The translations under genes were made by a program, and so were the position numbers. Shown piece by piece: positions 58,676-64,000 of a DNA stretch of 64,000 nucleotides. The notes below the pieces were generated by a model. The model saw only the letters and a list, made by a program, of their open reading frames with translations. It searched no databases and was not told the DNA's origin. Source of the DNA: Octopus bimaculoides (lineage: Eukaryota); assembly GCF_001194135.2 (NCBI RefSeq), contig NC_068988.1:73929582-73993581 (forward strand), written 5' to 3'. Every line of letters begins with the position of its first letter. The first letter of the stretch is position 1.

Positions 58676-59640
58676 AGGATCACTATAAATAACTGAGCTA
58701 GGTTTGATATATGCCTGGATCAAAGGAACCAGTGTCGCTTTGTCGTGCTTCTTGTTAACAAGTGGCACAAAATAACACTGGTTCGCTCTATTCCACCAAA
58801 CAACTAAACTTGTCTCAGAACTTGACCATCCCATATTTTCAGCAGACAATTACGGTTTCATCAATTTCAACTTCAATTGATTCACCACCTATTAGTTCCT
58901 GTGTGTGAAGTAATTTTTTTGTGACTTCACAACAGAAAGATCTCCAGTCCACAGTAGTTGTTGAACACAATTCCAGGTTTTCCATCACTATGATATGGCT
59001 CCAAGAACAATGTAGAAAGGACCCTTGGAAGTCTGATACAGAATAGCCATACTGATGTCATTTTTTCGATTTGACAACAGTGTAACTCCTGGTTCTTTCT
59101 ATACACACATTCACTCCGACATCGTGGACATATCACAGTAGTAGGCAGGCCACCATGGTTCTGAAAGAATTTAATAGCTTCTTCGCCATCCTCAAAAAAA
59201 TTATGGATGCAAATATAGTACTTAAATGTACAGCTTGCAGAAGACATGTTGCTCTGCGGAGAACAGCTCTGAAAATGCTTTCTTATTTTTATGATTCTGA
59301 TCCCCCCCTCTCTCTCCCACACACACATAGTACTGTGGAAGAGAAAACGTTTTTTTTCCTCTTAAACACACAAGATATAGTCTGTAAATTAAGGATGTTT
59401 TTAAAAGATACAATATTTTATCATCAGAATATATATATTTTCTCACACAACAATTAAGATGTATTTATTTTAAACTACTTCTTTGTAGAGAGAAAACGTT
59501 TATTCACTCTCACACTCTCTTCCTATCCCCCTCACACAAAAATGAAACCCAAATCAGGTTTGGGTGCGAAAGGTTTAGTCAAGAAAAAAGGTTTGCATTT
59601 TGTTGGGATTAATCCAATGATTTGACAGTAAGGTAAGTAA
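58675..59640 (-). mobile_element. Merlin (IS1595/ISXO2-like) DNA transposon fragment
   Basis: EEAIKFFQNHGGLPTTVICPRC (Zn finger), IGGESIEVEIDET (catalytic), LFGGIER, TLVPLIQAYIKPSSVIYSD. Confidence 0.8.
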
Positions 59641-60393
59641 ATAAGTACTTTCTTGTCTACATATACATACACACAGACACATATATATATATATANNNNN
59701 NNNNNNNNNNNNNNNNNNNNNNNNNNNNNNNNNNNNNNNNNNNNNNNNNNNNNNNNNNNNNNNNNNNNNNNNNNNNNNNNNNNNNNNNNNNNNNNNNNNN
59801 NNNNNNNNNNNNNNNNNNNNNNNNNNNNNNNNNNNNNNNNNNNNNNNNNNNNNNNNNNNNNNNNNNNNNNNNNNNNNNNNNNNNNNNNNNNNNNNNNNNN
59901 NNNNNNNNNNNNNNNNNNNNNNNNNNNNNNNNNNNNNNNNNNNNNNNNNNNNNNNNNNNNNNNNNNNNNNNNNNNNNNNNNNNNNNNNNNNNNNNNNNNN
60001 NNNNNNNNNNNNNNNNNNNNNNNNNNNNNNNNNNNNNNNNNNNNNNNNNNNNNNNNNNNNNNNNNNNNNNNNNNNNNNNNNNNNNNNNNNNNNNNNNNNN
60101 NNNNNNNNNNNNNNNNNNNNNNNNNNNNNNNNNNNNNNNNNNNNNNNNNNNNNNNNNNNNNNNNNNNNNNNNNNNNNNNNNNNNNNNNNNNNNNNNNNNN
60201 NNNNNNNNNNNNNNNNNNNNNNNNNNNNNNNNNNNNNNNNNNTGGATTAAAATGGTTAGATCCTTTTGATTCAATACTTCAACACATTGTTGACGTTTGG
60301 CCTCCTCATTAGGCATGGTATGATTTGTTATCATCATCATCATCATCGTTTAACGTCTGCTTTCCATGCTAGCATGGGTTGGACCAGATTATA

Positions 60394-61342
60394 GGTGCAG
60401 GAGTGCCTGTGTGGTAAGAAGCTTGCTTCCAAACCACATGGTTCTGGGTTCAGTCCCACTGCATGGCACCTTGGGTAAGTGTCTTCTACTATAACCTCAG
60501 GCCAACCCTTGTGAGTGGATTTGGTAGACAGAAACTGAAAGAAGCCTGTTGTATATATAGAAACACTAGCAGCTAAGCCCGGTTTCACCCAGTCGATTTG
60601 GATGATGTGGCTGTAAAACCTGCTCTGTGTAAGCATTCAACTTGTTTGGGCATGCTTACGTTAAAAAACAATTTTAGAATGACTTTTTTTTGTCAAAATG
60701 CTAAAAATAACTGATCAACAAAAAAATCTACTATACAGCCAAGATTCAACTAAATGAAAAAATAAACTCAAATACTAATCGAACAAAGATGAACCATCCC
60801 ACTTCCATTGCGTACACACACGTACACACACAAACACCCCCCCCCTTTACATACACACATATATTCACAGAATTCAAAGGCTTGATTTAATTTTTTTTCG
60901 CGTACACTACCAAGCATGACATCATCCCTTCCTTTCTCGTTCATAAACACAAGAGTATTATTATGGTAGATTATCCTGGTAACCATGGGAGCTATGAAAA
61001 AAATACAAGTCCAGCATCACCACTGGATCATTCTACACATCTGTGTAATTGTTCGTGCAATTCCACCCAGCCATTTGACCGTGAATCCCAAGACAAGAAA
61101 GAATTGCCCATGTCAAATTTATATGTATAGATATGTATGTATGTGTTTGTGCCCCCCCCCATCACTTGAGAACCGATGTTGGTATGTTTACATCCCCGTA
61201 ACTTAGCGGTTCAGCAAAAAGAGACCGATAGAATAAGTACTAGGCTTACAAAGAATAAGTCCTGGGGTCGATTTGTTCAACTAAAAGTGGTGCTCCAGCA
61301 TGGCACAGTCAAATGACTGAAACAAGTAAAAGAATAAAAGAG
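60394..61342 (+). mobile_element. tRNA-derived SINE (head 60394-60560, tail 61132-61342) split by a Helitron
   Basis: A-box-like tgcctgtgtggt and B-box ggttcagtccc; family body and tail flank the insert. Confidence 0.85.
60566..61131 (-). mobile_element. Non-autonomous Helitron, about 566 bp
   Basis: On minus: A|TCTATACATATAAA ... ctgggtgaaaccggg hairpin ... CTAG|T; AT target with no TSD. Confidence 0.78.
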
Positions 61343-61502
61343 ATTCAGCAAGATGTTTAATTTTTTTAGTTTTCATGTTTATTAATTTTTTCAGTTTTGT
61401 ACGATTTGTTATGAAAATATTATCAGATTCAAAATGATGTTTCATCTCTTCACTTTTCATGTTTATTACTTTTCTCCTGTTTCTTTTTTGTTTTATTGAG
61501 GA

Positions 61503-64000
61503 CTAGCAGGAGTACCCAGCGTTGCTCGAGTATTAAATACTCGGCAATGATCTTAATAGGTTCTACCATTTTTTTTTTTGTTGTACATCTCTTTGAATAT
61601 TTTTTGCATTAAGTTGCAAACACTGACATTGAGGAAGAAGTGATTTTCTCCATAGACCATAAATAAAGTAGTAACAACAGGGTGAAAAGCCCTGGAGAAA
61701 CCACAAGAGCATCTCAGGAGGTGCAACAACTGAATGTAAAATAACCCTGAAAAGGATTGTTAACTGTTCACGGGTATAAACGTCCTTTTTCGTTCACATG
61801 AAAAGCAGTGGATGCAGTGATGCTAAAACTCAAGCCATTTGCAAGGAGATTGAAAAGCTGTAGCAGACAAAATAAAAAGACTTAAGAAAAACAGGTAATT
61901 TTGAAAGTATGGCAACAATAGTACCCACTCACCATAAACCTGTTCGGCATGGAAGCTGCAGTATGTTGGACAGCCTACAGCACCTCACAGTTGACGACAT
62001 TTTTCGCTTTGGTTTTTGGGGTGAACATGAAAAGGTTTTTTTTGCATCCGACTCTTGAACATCTGATGTATAATTGGTTGTGTGAGAAGCATGGTTGGCC
62101 TAAATGGAGGCCTGTTGCCTTGGGACTTGTTGCTGGACATGGCAAAGCAAAGTTGATGAGGGAACTGAAGTTGACGAAAGAGACAGGGGCATTGCTTATG
62201 TGATGGAGTAAAAGATATCCTGGGTATAAAATGTCTCTGATGCTGCAACCCATAAGAATTGTTGCTTCAATAACATGAGGCAGCACATTTTTAACCACTA
62301 AGCGTATTCCGTTGCGCAGATGTGGTGGCTCCAGGTTCCTCAGCAGCATGACCGGAGCTCCAGTTTTGAGGTGCAGCTGATGAGGCGGTAGTCAGGAAGG
62401 GTCCAAGGAATTGAGGAATTCTGTAGGAAAAATTAATGGGTTCTTCTTGGTTCACAGACTTGTAGGTGTGAAGGTTTCCAGGAAGGCTTCGCAGTAGGCT
62501 TTTATTGAGTTTCGCAACAAATGTGTTTTTGGGAGCTAATATGGCTCTTTCGCACAGCCAATTCAGGTTTTGGTAGTTTATGTGCAGATCAGGGAAAACA
62601 GCAGTCGTAAGGTTGTCCACAGTGGTACCTACATGTGAAACAGTCATCTCTCCAGCTGCAACGGAGGGAACTCTACCATCAACGGTGAGAAGTTGCTTGG
62701 AGAAGTCCCCTGATAAGTTGTCGCCAAAAAGTCGGGCCCTCATGTTTGTTGTAAGAGTCAAAATTGTCACGTCCAGCCTCAAGGAAGATAACTTAATGCA
62801 AGCCATTACAGCGTTGGCTCTGGTGCCTTTTGGAATTATGGGTAGGGTTTGTCTGAAATCACCATGGGGTTAATGCAGCCCCTGATGTCTTTCAGGGTCC
62901 TGTCCAGCGTTTCAAGAGATCCTTTATGTGCCATGGTGCATTCGTCCAAAACAATGAGCTGGTACCTTCACAGCACTTCTGCTTTGTCTGAGACTTTTGT
63001 AATATTGCAGGTGGCTGAGTTGGACACAGAAGCATAGAACGGGAGTTTGAAGGTCGAATGAGCTGTCCTACCCTGGGGCAGTAGAGTCATGGCAATTCTG
63101 GAAGAAGCTACAGTTAAAGCGATCTCCTTTTGCTGGCGTACTTTTGCAAGGAGGAGTTTAGTCACAAATGTTTTACCAGTTCCTCCTGGGGCATCTAAAA
63201 GGAAAATACCTCCTTTGCATTCACAAATTGAAGCATAGACAGTGCTGTAATTTGTGCTCCTGGTCCTGAAGCAACTTTGGCTCATTTTCGTCGATGTATT
63301 GTTGAAGAGCATCGACATCGTAGGCTGTTTCCTGAATAACACCTGTTGGTAGTGTGTGTGAGCCTGTTCTACTAACTTTCGGTAGACCATAAAATGAAAG
63401 GTCATTACAGCCGGTAGTAAGTAGGCTGTCCTCAATGTCGATGAGTGCTCTGTTGAAGAATTCATCGTTGAAACTGACGTTCAATGAGGTAACAGAAGTT
63501 GTCCTTGGTGGTGGTAGTCCTCTGAAAGGTCTTCCTTGTATTTCTCCCATAAGGTTACAGGATCAATGAGTTCGCATGTTTGCAGTAGTACTGCAAAGAG
63601 CTTTCGAAGACACCTCACCGAGCATATTGTAGCTGCTTCCACTATTGTTGCGTACCATTGAGCACCATCTTCTAGCAGGTTGCGTTTAAGGCAGGTTTTG
63701 TGGTATGTAGCAAAAACTTCACCGTTGAAGCTTTTCAGGTTGTCGAAAGATGTCGGTCCCTTGACCTCATGCAGCAGTAAAACCACTCCTGTTGGTTAGG
63801 GTGAACTGTGTAAATTCTTCCAAAGGTGGGGGAAGATTTTTAGTCTGGCTGTCCCTCGATGTGTTGTCCTTGATTCCCAAATGTGTGTTTTCTTTTTCTA
63901 AATGTAATATGATGGAACCTGGGGATACAGGAGGGTCTTGGTGAAGGGGTCATTGGTGCATAGTTTGAAGAAGGTGGTGAGTGCGGTGTCTTTGAGTTCT
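61503..64000 (-). mobile_element. Autonomous-type Helitron 3' part (PIF1 helicase, decayed); runs off the window
   Basis: APGGTGKTF (Walker A), GRTAHSTFKLP, LLRNLEPPHLRNGIRLVV and CFSHNQLYIRCSRVG..KNVVNCEVL* (stop at 61975). 3' hairpin at 61515-61530 followed by CTAG at 61503-61506. Confidence 0.92.

Noticed and set aside
60394-60470. tRNA-like sequences (also 4477, 18291, 20742, 44528)
   Set aside because: Pol III A/B boxes continue into SINE bodies and no full cloverleaf is present; these are SINE heads, not tRNA genes.

Overview
Animal genomic DNA: AT-rich, repeat-dense and with five N-gaps. The SINE, RTE, Helitron and Gypsy repertoire looks like a coleoid cephalopod, probably Octopus; this is inferred from recalled repeat families, not from a search. 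One host gene is supportable: CSTF2/CstF-64 (polyadenylation factor) on the minus strand. Ten coding exons were assembled by hand (51840 down to 13084; all introns GT-AG and phase-consistent; about 417 aa covering RRM, hinge, Pro/Gly-rich region and C-terminal domain). Its first coding exon was not found. Almost everything else is decayed mobile DNA: Tx1/L1-like, RTE, R4/Dong-like, Hero/R2-like and Penelope-like retroelements, Ty3/Gypsy elements, Helitrons, mariner, Merlin, hAT and Sola-like transposons, MITEs and tRNA-derived SINEs. Most listed ORFs are pieces of these, low-complexity artefacts or gap artefacts. The most interesting structure is at the 3' end of CSTF2: a Penelope-derived hammerhead-ribozyme motif in the sense of the pre-mRNA, a 274-nt fold-back just before the last exon, and a poly(A) region abutting an antisense LINE. 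Also notable are a twin-primed RTE insertion, a four-level nested insertion with recoverable target-site duplications (TSDs), and a 1.3-kb degenerate (CCCTAA)n array. No prokaryotic-type system or CRISPR array is supported. Coordinates were counted by hand: exon and TSD boundaries should be exact or nearly so, and transposon boundaries are approximate.
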